Source: Octopus vulgaris
Lineage: Eukaryota
DNA length: 124,000 bases
NCBI GenBank assembly: GCA_951406725.2
Contig: OX597834.1
Coordinates: 39,948,001 to 40,072,000, forward strand
Direction of reading: 5' to 3'
Shown: positions 44,081-58,424 of the stretch, piece after piece
Layout of the letters: each line of letters begins with the position of its first letter
How positions within the stretch are numbered: the stretch's first letter is position 1
Made by a program: the position numbers and the translations under genes
Notes under the pieces: model-generated
Database searches by the model: none
What the model saw: the letters and a program-made list of their open reading frames with translations, nothing else
Told to the model about the DNA's origin: nothing

Positions 44081-44896
44081 GAGAGAGGGAGAGGAAAATG
44101 AGAAGAGAAAAAGAGAAAATAAAATGGTAAGAGAGGTAGTGGGGCAGAAGCACAGATAAGAATATGTATTGTTTATACATGTACGTATGCATGTATGTAT
44201 GTATTTGTATCTATAGATATACACACACATACACACACACACATGTATATATATATACTCACACATACAATATTGAAAGTAGGCGTGTGTGTGTGTATGT
44301 ATGTATATATATATATATATACGTACGCACACAGATATATATTGTGTGTGCATGTATATTATATACATCAATATATATATATATATATACATAAATATAT
44401 ATATATATATATATATATACATCAATATATATATATATATACAATATTGAAAGTAGGTGTGTGTGTACACACAGTTATGTACATACTTATACATTTATAA
44501 ATATATATATCAAGATATATATATATATACACACACATAAGGATATATACATATATATACACATACACACATGCATACACATATGCATACATACACACAC
44601 ACACATGTATATGTATGTTTGCATGTGCAATATGACTAATGTATCTCTAGACGTTGCCACAAATACACACACACACCAATAAATATGCATCCACACACAC
44701 ACACACAGAGGTAATGTAAGTCTCCAGACACATTAAATATATTGGGAAGTAATTCACATAAACAAAAGCAGATGTTAACAAATGCTTTAGTTTAGCAAGA
44801 TACCAGTAATACGGTGACTGATACAGGTTATAAAGAACATGATTAAAAGCTTCAGTTTTGTACAGTATCATCTGTCTAAAGTAGAGCTTCTCACCT

Positions 44897-44985
44897 GAGG
44901 TCCATATGGCCATTGGGTGTCCATATGGCCATTGGGGGTCCATATGGCCATTGGGGGTCCATATGGCCATTGGGTGTCCATATAA
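44897..44985 (+). repeat. 20-bp tandem repeat x4 (gtccatatggccattggg(g/t)g)
   Basis: Direct reading; preceded by a possible hAT-like terminus. Confidence 0.85.
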
Positions 44986-45068
44986 GATTTCATTGTTAAA
45001 ATTTATGAGCAATAAATTGCTTTTACTTCGATGCACAAAATATTTTCATTTTTTTTATACAATTCCTA

Positions 45069-45456
45069 ATCTCTCTATATAAAGCTGAAGTTGTCTGTGT
45101 ATGGCAGGCTTGGTAGCCTTCAACTAACACTATCTCCTCTGAGACCCTGCGGCGCAAGTTGACCAAAATTGAGAGTATGATAGAAGAAGGCTTGCTCTTC
45201 CTTCCGTAGGAGAAAAGATTCAAATTGGACCATGTTAACACCAAAAATTATTTACATCAAAAAGATGCTTTTTTTCTATGAAAATCCCTATTTTTTACGA
45301 CTATTTGACTGCTGTGTCGCCATTTTTTTGGTGTATTTCACTTAAATGTTCACTTAAAGAGAATAACAAGTTACATAATGCAAAATTTTTACTTTTCAAA
45401 AATTCCAATTCTAATGGGTCGAAACAAACCCAAGCAATGCCGGGCAATACTGCTCG
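45069..45456 (+). mobile_element. Non-autonomous Helitron
   Basis: 5' TCTCTCTATATAAAGCTG start; 3' GC-rich gcaatgccgggcaatactg then CTCG|T (CTAG-like). 5' halves recur at 65375-65545 and 70920-71105 on the minus strand. Confidence 0.7.
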
Positions 45457-45625
45457 TAATATTTAATTATAAAAATTTATTTTTTATATATATTGAATGG
45501 TTAATAGTAGAAGATGCTTCTGCAGGGCACCACACACTGGAATTGAACTCAAAACCATATGGTTATAAAAGAGCCACTTAACCACTCAAGGAAATGAAAT
45601 TATGCTTACAACATCTTGTTGAGTA

Positions 45626-45870
45626 GTGGAGGCGTGTGGCTTAGTGGTTAGGGTGTTGAACTCATAATCGTAAGGTTGTGGTTTCGATTCCTGGACCGGG
45701 CAATACGTTATGTTCTTGAGCAAAACACTTCATTTCATGTTGCTCCAGTCCACTCAGCTAGCAAAAATGAGTAATCCGGCGATGGACTGGCGTCTCGTCC
45801 AGGTGGGGAATTTCTCCTCCACTGAAACTGGGAAACCAGCCCTTATGAGCCTGGCAAGCCTCCAGAAGGA
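45626..45870 (+). mobile_element. tRNA-derived SINE, head K + Meta-like tail
   Basis: Near-identical to 40710-40955. Confidence 0.8.
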
Positions 45871-46634
45871 ACATCATGTTGAGTAATGCCTTAGAATAGT
45901 TTAAAATTATAAGATTTTGTTTTTTAAAAAAATATCAATAAATAACCAGTAATCTACTAAGGTCCAATTGTTTCTACTCCAACCATTTCTCATAGGGAAG
46001 ACAAAATCTAAATAATTTTCTATAAGCTAAAAATGCATCAAGTTTCACCCTTTTACTGCGGAAACCAGATATTAACCAATCAAAATTTTATTATCCTTAA
46101 CTGCAGAAAACAGTTTTATGTATCATTCTAACTTTTGCTAAGGAATGACATGTCTGGAACTATTTTCTGTTAAGATATGTAAAGTTGATCGAAGCAACAT
46201 GTCTTACAGAAAATACCAAAAGAGATTGAAGATCATTACTGAAATCTCTTAGATTTTATTTGTTTAGTCTTTGGACTGTGCCCATGTTGGGGCACTGCTT
46301 TGAAGGGTTTAGTCAAACAATTTGACCTCGATACTTATTTTTTAAGCCTGGTACCTATTCTATTGATCTCTTATTCAGTGGGACTGAACCTGGAACCATG
46401 TGGTTTGTGCGCAAGCTTCTTACTACACAGCCACTCCTACGCCTATATTATAATATAAATAAATTACTGGATTGTCAAATAAATCTCTCTATTTAATTGA
46501 TCTATAATTTGCATTATACCCATATTTATGAGGTATTCAACTGACGTACCAGTGAATTGGATGTTTTACACACTGCTTTGAAAGAATTCCTTTCCTAAGC
46601 TTGTTACTATAGTTACTATATATATATATATATA

Positions 46635-46858
46635 GGTGAGCTGGCAGAAACGTTAGCGCGCCGGACAAAATGCGTAGCCGTATTTCGTCTGTCGTTACAT
46701 TCTGAGTTCAAATTCCGCCAAGGTCGACTTTGCCTTTCATCCTTTCGGGGTTGATAAATAAAGTACCAGTTTCTCACTGGAGGTCGATGTAATCAACTTA
46801 ATCCCTTCGTCTGTCCTTGTTTGTCCCCTTTATGTTTAACCCCTTGTGGGCAATAAAG

Positions 46859-46860
<2 letters not shown>
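46635..46860 (+). mobile_element. Family B SINE flanked by (TA)n
   Basis: Match to family B copies. Confidence 0.85.
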
Positions 46861-46901
<41 letters not shown>

Positions 46902-47399
46902 TACAGGGATTTTTCAGCTTCCAACTACCAAATCCACTCGTAATGCTTTGGTCAGTTAGCAGCAGTATAAAACACTTTCCCAAGGTGTCACATTGTGGGA
47001 TTGAACCCAAGGCCATATGACCGGGAGGCAAACTTCTCACCACACAGCCATGCCTCGGCCTGTGCCACAAGTGTTAAATAACATCAATATGAACAACAAC
47101 AAAATGTTATTTAATACTGTGATTTTTATCCCTGCCTTTCAGTAATATGTGCACATAACATCTCCGCTTGTTGCAGTTTCTCTGACTAAAAGAAAGAGGT
47201 TCTTCCGACTACTTCACGTTTAAGTGGTCTGCAGGAGGAAGGACATCAAGATGTGGAAAAAAATTATCACGATGCAAACACCCTCTCCACTTATGTGAGC
47301 ATGGAGAAATAAGTGTGAAATACTTCTGAAAAATTCCAATGAGATCATTTAAATCATTGGCAGTTAAAACCGGTTAGAAGCAGTTTTATATATTTTTGC

Positions 47400-47805
47400 A
47401 GCTTGAATCTTAAGTCAATGAGTTTAAAATTGTCCAAGTTTCAACTTGTTAAAACCAATTCAAATTGTCACAATTTAAACCTGTTGAAACTAGTTTAAAT
47501 CATTCAGTTTAAATCATTTCAGTTTTAACTTGTTAAAACCAGTTTAAATTATCACAGTTTAACCCTGCTAACACCAGTTTAAGCTTGTTAAAACCAGTTT
47601 AAATCATTTCAGTTTTAACTTGTTAAACCAGTTTAAATTATCGCAGTTTAACTCTGCTAACACCAGTTTAAGCTTGTTAAAACCAGTTTAAATCAACACA
47701 GTTTAAATCATTTCAGTTTTAACTTGTTAAAACCAGTTTATATAATTACGGTATAAACTCATTAAAATTAGTTTAAATTAACATAGTTTAAACTTGTTAA
47801 AGAAA
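47400..47805 (+). repeat. AT-rich degenerate minisatellite (aaaaccagtttaaatcatttcagttttaacttgtt)
   Basis: Recurring aaaccagtttaaat and gtttaa blocks. Confidence 0.8.
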
Positions 47806-48709
47806 AGAAGAGTGGTTCAAAATAGTCAAATATCATCATCATCATCATTATTTAATGTCCATTTTCCATGCTGGCATAGGCTGGATGGTTTGACTGAAGC
47901 TGACCAGCTGAAGGGATGTTTAGGCACCCTGTCTGTTTTTGGCCTGGTTTCTACAGTTGGATGACCTTCCTAACACCAACCACTTTACAGAGTGTACTGG
48001 GTGCTTTTACGCAACAATGGTATGGGTGCAAGATTAGGGATGCTCAGCAGGCAACCATGCTTTTATTTAGCTTGACGTGTCTTTTCAAATATATATATAT
48101 ATATGTATATATAATCATATATAATCATTCAAAAGAAATTAAGAAAATGGAAATATAACTTTTAATAAAAATGTATTATTTGCAAAAATCAAACATAGTA
48201 CCTTACAGCTGTTTCAATTAAGCTTAATAGATTAAATAGCAATTTACAAGATGCATCTCATTAAAATAACGTCTGTTCTGCAAGTTTTCTTATCGACATG
48301 TGTATACAAAAGCAGCAAATTAAGGGACACAGCTTCATTATTACAGAAGATCAATAATAAATCAAAGATGCAAATACACAATACAATGAAAAATGTATGT
48401 ATACATATATATATATATATATATATACGATATAGTGTATATTTAAACACATGAGGAACCCACTTATAGGAATTCAACACGCCAGAAAGAACAGCTAGGT
48501 TCTATAACCACAAAAATTAGGGATAAAATTTGACAGGAACGAAATGAAAAATAAAAACATTTTACCATCTAGTTTAAATATACACTATATCGTATAACTA
48601 ATATATAGTCTTTTGGACTAAATTTTTTACACGTTAGACCACTGGAAATGTAAATTTTAATTAATTTCCATTTCCCTTTGATATGATTATATATATATAT
48701 ATATATATA

Positions 48710-49020
48710 TGTAAAAAAATACAAACTGGGACAAGAACGCAAAACATTTAGAAGACGATACAAAAACATGGACAGGACATTCGAAGCCTTCAATCTTCAG
48801 TCAAGAACCAGATCATCCTAGCAATTTCAGCTGATTAATCCTGATATCGCTCCGATCCAGCCAGCCCCAAGGAAAAACTAAGCTGTGAGCATTAGATTTC
48901 TTGGAAAAAGGATTGAATGTATATGAAACAAGGACAGAAAAACGGACAATGCCACACGAATATAAAATACAAAAAACAATAATAGTAAAAACAGGACAAA
49001 AACAGCGGGTATCTTACGAC
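48710..49020 (-). mobile_element. Probable Penelope-like fragment of a second family
   Basis: The minus strand contains CTGAAGA..AAGGCTT CGAATGTC, similar to PLE terminal-repeat motifs. Confidence 0.4.
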
Positions 49021-49070
49021 TAATAGACAGTACAACTTAGTTTATGGGTAAGTTGAAATTTATTACTTAC

Positions 49071-49174
49071 TGCTAGCTTGGAAGTAGTTCCCATTTCCAT
49101 ATTGCCACCATCAACAGAAGGAACCAGTGGCATGCTACCACGCCTGTCATTGGAAAATTTCTCATTAGAAGAAT
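49071..49174 (-). CDS. RASAL2/DAB2IP/SYNGAP1 (raskol): Shared coding exon of the same RasGAP ((D)SSNEKFSNDRRGSMPLVPSVDGGNMEMGTTSKLA)
   Basis: Acceptor tttcatttcttccag and donor GTAAGT; 104 bp, phase 1 to 0; joins 736-839 in frame. Resembles the recalled raskol segment DTSYEK..RRGS..SRFTNFFSK that precedes the KRTKS motif. Confidence 0.88.
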
Positions 49175-50096
49175 CTGGAAGAAATGAAATAAATTACAAT
49201 TATTATTGTTGTCGTTGTTGTTATTGTTTTTATTATGGTTAACGCTTTAGTGCTTAATCCAGTTATATCTGGTCCAAATATTCTACCTGTTCTATGTTCG
49301 AACCAGTGCTGTGGAGTCGGAACCAATTAAGGGGTAGCTGGAGTCGGAGTCAGTAAAACAATACCGACTCCGACTCATAGTATCTTCCATCTACCAAATC
49401 CACTCATAATGCTTTGGTCAGCTAGCAGCTATAGGAAACACTTTCCCAAGGTGCCACATTGTAGGATTAAACCCAAGTCCATATGACCAGGAGGCAAACT
49501 TCTCACCACACAGCCACGCCTCTGCCTGTGCCATATAGACAAAGCGACCAAAGCCTTGTGCGTGGATTTGGTAGACGGAAACTGAAAGAAGCCCATCATA
49601 TATATGTATATGTATATATGTGTGTGTGTTTGTGTGTCTGTGTTTGGTCCCCCCAACATCGCTTGACAACCGATGCTGTTGTATTTACGTCCCCGTAGCT
49701 TAACGGTTTGGCAAAAGAGACCAATAGAATAGGTACTAGGCTTACAAAGAATAAGTCCTGTGGTCGATTTGCTCGACTAAAGGCGGTGCTCCAGCATGGC
49801 CACAGTCAAATGACTGAAACAAATAAAAGAGTAAAAGAGAAAAGAGTAAACTGGTTTTATTAACTGAATTGCCTTAAAGTTGGGACCCCTTTGTTTTTCT
49901 CGTACTGCGGGTTTCCGCTCTTACTTCAAGACAAAAATTCGCACAAGTCTCAGCTCATACAACAAATTACTCATACAATGAGGCACTCATACTGCAAGGT
50001 TCTACTGTACCAGTGATACACTAGGGTCAATGTAATCAACTAATTCCCTCCCCCAAAATTCCAGGCTGTGTACCTTTAGTAAAAAGGATTATTATT

Positions 50097-50132
<36 letters not shown>

Positions 50133-50679
50133 CATCATCATTGTTGTTGTTGTTGTTGTTGTAGGTGTGTGGGAGTCTTCTATATTGCACACCTGTCATT
50201 GCCATGGTAACATGAAAAGAGATATCATTGTTATGATGATAATAATAATAATGATAGTGATGATGATGGGGAATGATGGAAATGATGCGAATGATTGTGA
50301 TGATGACAATAGGGTTGATGGTGGTGATGATGATGACAAATAAGAAAGTGATGACAACAACAACAACGCTGACAGTGACAGCAAAGAATGGTAAACTCAA
50401 GTTACAAAATCTTCAAAAACTTGTTATTTTGTAGTCATAGTAACAATTCCAAACTGTTGTAGTCTTAGAATATTGGAGAATGAAATTGTTTTGTAAATAA
50501 GATTATAATGTTTGAAAGGGAGAACAAAGAAATCCAGAGGAAGGGGAGAGCGCGGAAGAGGAGAGCGTGGAAGGGTGGGGCAGTATAAAAGGGGGGAGGA
50601 GAAATTGGTATTAAAGGCAGACAATTGAGGCATTAAAGTAAGAGATATTGCATTGTGTAGGGGGGGAGAATGGGAAGAA

Positions 50680-51245
50680 GAAGAAGAAGAGAGGAATTGA
50701 AAGAAGAAGAAGAAAGAGGAGGCGGAGGAGGGGGAGGAATTGAAAGAAGAAGAAGTAAGAGGAGGAGGAGGAATTGGAAGAGAAGGAAGAAGAAGAAGAA
50801 GAAGAAGAAGAAGAAGAAGAAGAAGAAGAAGAAGAAGAAGAAGAAGAAGAAGAAGAAGAAGAGAAGAAGAGAGAAGAAGAAGAAGAAGAAGAAGAAGAAG
50901 AAGAAGGAGGAGAAGAAGAAGGGAAGAAGAAGAAGAAGAAGAAGAAGAAGAAGAAGAAGAAGAGAAAGAAAGAAGAAGAAGGAGGAGAGAAGAAGAAGAA
51001 GAAGAAGAAGAAGGAGAAGAAGAAGGAGAAGAAGAAGGAGAAGAAGAAGAAGAAGAAGAAGAAGAAGAAGAAGAAGGAGAAGAAGAAGAAGAACTGGAAG
51101 AAGAAGAAGAAGAAGAAGAAGAAGAAGAAGAAGAAGAAGAAGAAGAAGAAGAAGAAGAAAGAGGAACAGAAGAAGAAAAACTGAAAGAAGTAGAATTGAA
51201 AGAAGAGAATGAAGAAGAAAAACTGGGAAAAGAAGAATAAGAAGA
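50680..51245 (+). repeat. (GAA)n/(GGA)n purine array
   Basis: Direct reading. Confidence 0.97.
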
Positions 51246-51746
51246 AGTAATTAGAATCTGACAAATTAGAAAAAAAAAAGTTGAATTTTCCAAAACTGTT
51301 TCCTTCTCCCTTGTATTCTTCAACAATGGAGAGATTAATAAAAATCGTTTCCTCCCGGATGTTATTTGCTGGTGTTTATTGCTGCTGCTGTTGTTGTTGT
51401 TGCTGATGTTGCATATTTATTTATTTATTTAAAGGATTAGCTTTGATGTATTGTCGGGTGGGTCAGTTGGGTGAGGCGTAAGGAGGAGGACCGAGAGAGG
51501 GGGGAAGAAAAAAAAAGGGAATGATGTTAAATTAACGTTGCCTTAGCTTAGACGGAAGTTTTTGGTAAAAGATGGCGAAGATCAAACACGAATTGAAAGG
51601 ATTCTTGGAGGAAAATTAAGACTTTCATTTTGCCAATAAATGCAAAAAGGAAAGAAAAAACTATTAAAGAAGAAATTTAAATTAAAGGTAAGAATAATAT
51701 AATAAATTTCATTGAAAATATACTGAAAAAGTTACTATATACATGC

Positions 51747-51778
<32 letters not shown>

Positions 51779-51922
51779 CCACATACATACATGCATATAT
51801 ATATATATATATAAATATATACACTCACATATATACACACACACAGACTCACACACATACATATATATATATATATACACTCACATACATACATATATAT
51901 ATAAATATATACACTCACAAAC

Positions 51923-51965
<43 letters not shown>

Positions 51966-52128
51966 CACTCGAATACATATACATACAACATATATAGATA
52001 TACACATATACACAAACATGCATATATATATATATATATATATACATACATACATACATAAGCATATACAATAAAGTGTGGTTGTGGTGGTGCTGATAAT
52101 GGTAATGTTATATATATATATGTGTGTG

Positions 52129-52195
<67 letters not shown>

Positions 52196-52552
52196 GCACA
52201 CACAAATATATGCTCTCACACACACATAAATACACATGCATATGTACACCTATGCAGACACACACGTGTGTATTTACATACTCATTGTATATTGTGTATA
52301 CAAATATAAAAACACACACACATATACACACATACATAGACAATCATATATACATATATAATTTTTAAGACTGTTCCGCAAGGTTCCACCCTTAAAAATA
52401 TTCACACACACTGTACACATACATGTGTCTGTCTGTGTGTGTGTGTGTGTATTGAAAGAATTTGTTATAAGAATTAGAAAAATCTGATCTTTAAACTAAA
52501 TTTCATGACAAAAGATTCCAGTAAATAAATAAACCAAAAAAAATTTAAATAA

Positions 52553-52612
<60 letters not shown>

Positions 52613-52819
52613 TAATAATAAAACAAGCGAAATAAAACCAAAATTATAAAATTTTACATGATTTTGTAGTTTTCTGGGTTAGAAAGGGAAAACAGGAACC
52701 CCCCAACTCCTCTCTCTCTCTTCCCCACCCCTGGTCCCCATCCCAGGCCCCCAATAAATATGGCCTGATTCGTTGTTGCTGAATAAACGGAATTGGTAAA
52801 CAGCAACAACAACAATAAT

Positions 52820-53175
52820 TGCGTGGCAGTGGTGGTGGCGATGGTGGTGGTGGTAAAGATGAAGATGAACGATGATGGTGGTGGTGGTGGTGGTGGTGGT
52901 GGTGGTGGTGGCGATGGTGGTGGTAGTGGTGGTGGTGGTAGTGGCAGTGGTGGTGGTGGCGATGGTGGTGGTGGTGGTGGTAGTGGTGGTGGTGGTGGTG
53001 GTGGTGGTGGTGGTGGTGGTGGTGGTGGTGGTGGTGGTAGTGGTGGTGGTGGTGGTGGTGGTGGTAGTGGTGGTGGTGGTAGTGGTGGTGGTGGTGGTGG
53101 TGGTGGTGGTGGTGGTGGTGGCAGTGGTGGTGGTGGTAGTGGCGGTGGTGGTGGTGGTGGTGGTGGTGGTTGTGA
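52820..53175 (+). repeat. (GGT)n array
   Basis: Direct reading. Confidence 0.97.
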
Positions 53176-53475
53176 TCATTGAAAAAAAAAAATTTATGCT
53201 TTGCACATTAAAATATGGCTTTATCTTTCCAAAGTGAAAATGAAGACAATTACAGAAAAAAAAAAAAGAAAAAGAAAAAAACACACTAAAACGAATTTAT
53301 GTTAGAATATTTGATGGGAAAAGCAAGTCTAATATTTGATTGATACATACAGCAGAAATGGTTTATGTAAGTATGTATGTATATGGGTGTGTGTGTGTGA
53401 ATATTAGTAGTATATACACACACACACAGTATGTATATATATTTATGCATATGAATATATGTATGTATATATGTT

Positions 53476-53512
<37 letters not shown>

Positions 53513-54099
53513 ATGTGTGTATATGTATCTATGTGTGTATGAGTATATATATATATATATATATGTATATGTACGTATATGTGTGTGTATGTGTATATGT
53601 TTTTGTGTGTATCTGTATATATAGATATATATATGTGTGTGTGTGTATGTATATATATATATGTGTTTATGTACATATGTGTGTGTGTATGTGCATATGT
53701 AGCTATGTGTGTGTATATATATATATATGTGTGTGTACATGTATGTGCATGTACATATAAAAATATACATATATAAGCATGTGTTTGTGTGTGTCATATA
53801 AGACGGATGTTAAATGTTGAATGATGGTATATATATATAAAACCATTTAATTGTTTCTCTTACTGCTTCTCTCGCTTCCTCTCCTTCCTCGCCTTCCACA
53901 AAGAGAGATTCATGTCTGCCTGCATTTTAATGCAAGACACTTCAAATATGGCCACAGCAAATACACAATGGCTCACTTGTGAACGCACAATTATGTCTTG
54001 CCTCATCTCATCTCATGTCTCTCTGTGACACTAGGCTGGGATATGGACAGATGGGGGAGGGTGAGCTAAAACAACAACCTTGGGCCCCTTTTTTTGAAG

Positions 54100-54492
54100 T
54101 CCAAATGTCCAACGCTCATAGGCATGCTTAGAAAATAACAAAAAACAAGGGAGGTGGATCTCTGAAAGGGGTCTCAGGGAATAGTGACCCTGCCTTCCTG
54201 AGCTAGTTTTCCACTACATTTCTTAAAAATTGTGGTAGAGGCCAAGGACTAGGGACCACTCATGTCTAGAAACTAAGGTTGGGGGTAAGCAAGGAGATGC
54301 TCCCTGTAGAAAATCCAGCTCCAAAACAGCCCCATGATAGCAAAGGAGAATGGGCACCAGCCAGCTCAAAGGTCGGGGTGGGCTGCACCTGCCTACCTCA
54401 GTTGCGATGGCATTGAAGCAGATCCGGCCACCCCCCATTAACGGGGACAAAACCTAGATTTAAAACACTGAATCATGATGATGATGGTGATG
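54100..54492 (+). mobile_element. Third RTE-type LINE 3' end with (GAT)n tail
   Basis: gggggtaagcaaggagatgctccctgtag motif and terminal catgatgatgatg. Confidence 0.5.
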
Positions 54493-55646
54493 AAGCACAG
54501 CTCCCATGACTTTCGGAAACATTTTCTCCACGCTCAGAATTGTTGAAGCATGGAATAAACCAGCCGCATCCGTTTCTAGGTGTTGGGACACAAGATGCTC
54601 ATTCCCATGTTTTTCTTTTTATATATATATTTCTTCTTTTACGCTTCTATTTGTTTCAGTTATTTGACTCTGGCCATTCTGGGGCACCCCCTTGAAGAAT
54701 TTTAGTCAGACAGATTGACTCCAGTATCTATTTTTAAAACGTGGTACTTATTCTATTGCTCACTTCTGCTGGACTGCTAAGTTGCAGGGACATAAACACA
54801 CCAACACCAGATGTCAAGCAGTGGTGGAGGACAAACACAGACACAAACACACACACATATTTGGTGTGCTTCTTTCAGTTTCCGTCTACCAAATCCATTC
54901 ACAAGGATTTGGTCAGCCTGAGGATATAGTAGAAGATACTTGCCCAAGGTGCCATGCAGTCAGAGTATCGAGCTGACAATCATGAGGTTGTGAGCTCAAT
55001 TCCCAGAGCAGGCTGTGTGTTGTGTTCTTGAGCAAGACACTTTATTTCACGTTGCTCCAGTTCACTCAGCCGTAGAAATGAGTTGCAGCATCACTGGGGC
55101 CAAGCTGTATCGGCCCCTTTGCCTTTCCCTTGGATAACACTGCTGGCGTGGAGAGGGGAGGCTGGTATGCATAGGATCTCAATTCTGTTATGTGTGTGTA
55201 TGGGGGGGAGGTGGAGTATGTTTTTGTGCTCATGCATGTCCCCCCCAACTCATAACTTGACAACCAGTGTTGGTTTATTTATGTCCCAATCAGCCAAGGA
55301 GGCTGACATGATGAGAACAAGACTGAAAATTAAGTATTGGGATCAATTTGTTCAACTAGATCCTGCAAGGTGGTGCCCCAGCATGGCCACAGACCAATGA
55401 GTGCCACAAGGAAATGGATGGTGAACAAGAAGTTGCACAAGAGAGAGAGAGAGAGAGAGAGAAAAGAGAAGCAATTGCTTCTCCATAACTTAGCAGCTCA
55501 GCAAAAGAGACTGACAGAATAATGAAAAGGTTTAAAATTTTACTACTGAGGTTGATTATTTTAACTAAAATTCTTCAAGGCAGTGCCCCAGCATGGCCAA
55601 AGACCAATGACTGAAACAAACAAAAAAGAAAGAAAAAGAAGCAGAA

Positions 55647-55723
<77 letters not shown>

Positions 55724-55804
55724 GTAAAGGAGAAAAAGAAAGAAGAAAGAATAAGAGAGAGAGAGTCTGTGTCATTTGAATGAAAACAATGACTCCCAAT
55801 GAGC

Positions 55805-55840
<36 letters not shown>

Positions 55841-55846
55841 GTGTGT

Positions 55847-55883
<37 letters not shown>

Positions 55884-56438
55884 CGTGTGTATCCATTCAC
55901 AGTGAAACCTGTTGTAAAATGTAACATTATTTAGTATTTATGATTCCATTGAAAGAATTCAGTGAATTACTGACAAAATGGTATTTCAGAACAATTGTTT
56001 TCCATGGCAACAGAAAATATATCTGATCGATTGTGTCAGTCGATAGATTTCGTTTTATGATTAGGCGATGGGGGGGGGGTGACAGGGGGGGGGGGACAAG
56101 TTGTTTTTGTTTTATTTTGGTTTTCTTTAGTTTTTCATTTTTTTTTTGTTTGTTTGAAGAATAAAAACACACAGTTGCGATGACAATGACGATGACGACA
56201 TCCTGGCTGATGGCTTTGGAAAGAGTTAAAGAGCAAAGAGAGAGAGAGAGAGAGACGATTGTGGCCTGATGGTTAAGAAACTTGCCTCCCAGCCATGTGA
56301 GTTTGGGTTCAGTCCCAATGCTTGGCACCTTGGGGCTAGTATCTTCTATTTTAGCCCCAGGCCAACCAGAATTATTTTTGAGTGGACTTAGGAGACAGAA
56401 TCTGAAAGACGGCTTTTATGTGTTTGTGTATGTTTGTA

Positions 56439-56471
<33 letters not shown>

Positions 56472-56605
56472 ACGTGTGTATTTGTGTATGTGTGTGTGCC
56501 TCTGTGTGTGTGTGTGTGTGCCTGTTTGTATTTCTGTGTGTGTGTGTGCCTGTTTGTATTTCTGTGTGTGTGCGTGTGTGTGTGTGCCTGTGTGTGTATG
56601 TATGC

Positions 56606-56638
<33 letters not shown>

Positions 56639-56668
56639 TTGTCTTGACACAGTGTGATTACTGTAAAC

Positions 56669-56982
56669 CAGTGATTCCCAAATTTTTTCAGGCTGCTGCC
56701 CCCTTCACACCCAGACCACATTCCTAGTGCCCACACCCTAGCAAACCATCACAAATACAGACCTCTTTCTGAAGTAAATTCAAATTAATTCTATTTCAGA
56801 AATAAAACTTAACCTAATGAACCCATTATTTTGTCTTTACATGAATCACTACTTCATTATCGCTCCACATTTTTACATGAAAAGCGATCCCATTATTGCG
56901 CCACTTTTCTTCAACACTCCCCTCTCCCTGGTCCTTTACACCACCCCCAGGGGGACAATACTGCCCACGTTGGGAACCACTG
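56669..56982. mobile_element. hAT (Charlie-like) MITE
   Basis: TIRs CAGTGATTCCCAA / TTGGGAACCACTG; 8-bp TSD ctgtaaac / ctgtaaat. Confidence 0.88.
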
Positions 56983-57019
56983 CTGTAAATGAACGTCATT
57001 CGTTTTTAATATTCTTCTG

Positions 57020-57482
57020 AAAAGAGTCAGACCATGGGGAAATATTACCTCGTTTGGGAAGAGGTGAGGGTTAATGACAGGAAGTGAGGGTTAATGACAG
57101 CTGTAGAAGAAATACTTGTCTCAATAAACTTCGTCCAACTCATTCAAGCATGGGAAAGTGGACATCAAAATGATGATGATGATGATGATTAAAGCACCCA
57201 CTACACTCACGGAGTGGTTGGCGTTAGGAAGGGCATCCAGCTGTAGAAGCACTGCCAGATCAGACTGGAGCCTGGTGCAGCCTCCACTGGCACCTGTGCC
57301 GGTGGCATGTAAAAAGCACCCACTACACTCATGGAGTGGTTGGCATTAGGAAGGGCATCCAGATGTAGAAACACTGCCAGATCAGACTGGAGCCTGGTGC
57401 AGCCTCCTGACTTCCCAGACCCCGGTCAAACCGTCCAACCCATGCTAGCATGGAAAACGGACGTTAAACGATGATGATGATC
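57020..57482 (+). mobile_element. Stacked RTE 3' ends (second tail type, then two copies of the main type)
   Basis: Two of the pieces end in (GAT)n; match to 108950-109121. Confidence 0.8.
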
Positions 57483-58367
57483 ATGATATAAGTGTGTGTG
57501 TGTGTTTGTGCATGTGTGCATGTATGTTTGTGCATGTGGGTGTATGTGAATATATGCATGCATGAGTGTGTATATGTGTGTATATATGCATGTATGTGTA
57601 TGCAGGTGTGTATGTGTGTCTGTATATGCGTGCATAAATATGTATGCGTTTGTGTCTGTGTATATTCATGCATGCACATATGCATTTATGTGTGTGCATA
57701 TGTGTATATATGTATGTGCACATATATGTGTACATGTATGTATGCATATATGTTTATGCTTGTGTGTGTATATTGATCATTTAGAAGTAAAAAAAAACAA
57801 CAACAAAAAACAAAAACAAAGAAACAAAAAAAAAACAGAAACAGAAGCTATTTGAATAGACTTTCTTCCATTATAACAACAGAATTCTTTCTTCTAGAAT
57901 ATCTTCCAGCTATATAACCACGTAACGCAGGATATATTTCTTATAATGAAGCCCGGCTAAAAGGAACCGAGAGAAATAAATTGGCGCTGGCAGAATCCCA
58001 AAGAGCCATTTACAATACGAAAGAGAAGAGGAGGAGGAAGAGGAGGAGGAGGAGGAACCAAAGCGGCGCAAAAAAAGAAACACAAAAAAACATACCAAAA
58101 CAAAATACTACAACTACTACTACAACTACTACTACCGATAATAATAATAATGATAATGATAATAATAATAGAAAGATGGTGGGGTGGTTGGGTGGGTGGA
58201 AACGAAGGCAGGAACATTACAAGCGGACCGTTTTCAGTCTTCAAGCTTTCTATTTGTAATAATAATTAGCTTGAAGATGTTTCCAAAGGTTACGCTGTTA
58301 CATCTGAAGCAGACTTTCCAAAGACAATTAGTATTTGAAGGGGGGGCATGGCTTCAAAATCACTCAC

Positions 58368-58424
58368 TTCCTGAATGGAATATTCCGACCGTAATTGGAA
58401 ACAATTTTGTGCAATTTCCCACAT
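58368..58424 (-). CDS. Candidate phase-0 first exon (MWEIAQNCFQLRSEYSIQE)
   Basis: ATG, 19 codons and a GAA|GTGAGT donor in a CpG-containing unique patch. In frame only with exon 736-839, not with 49174. Confidence 0.35.

Noticed and set aside
50424-51326. Poly-Ser/Glu/Lys/Arg ORFs; also poly-Pro/Gly/Thr ORFs at 35420-36069, 52679-53284 and 90740-91543
   Set aside because: Triplet microsatellites.
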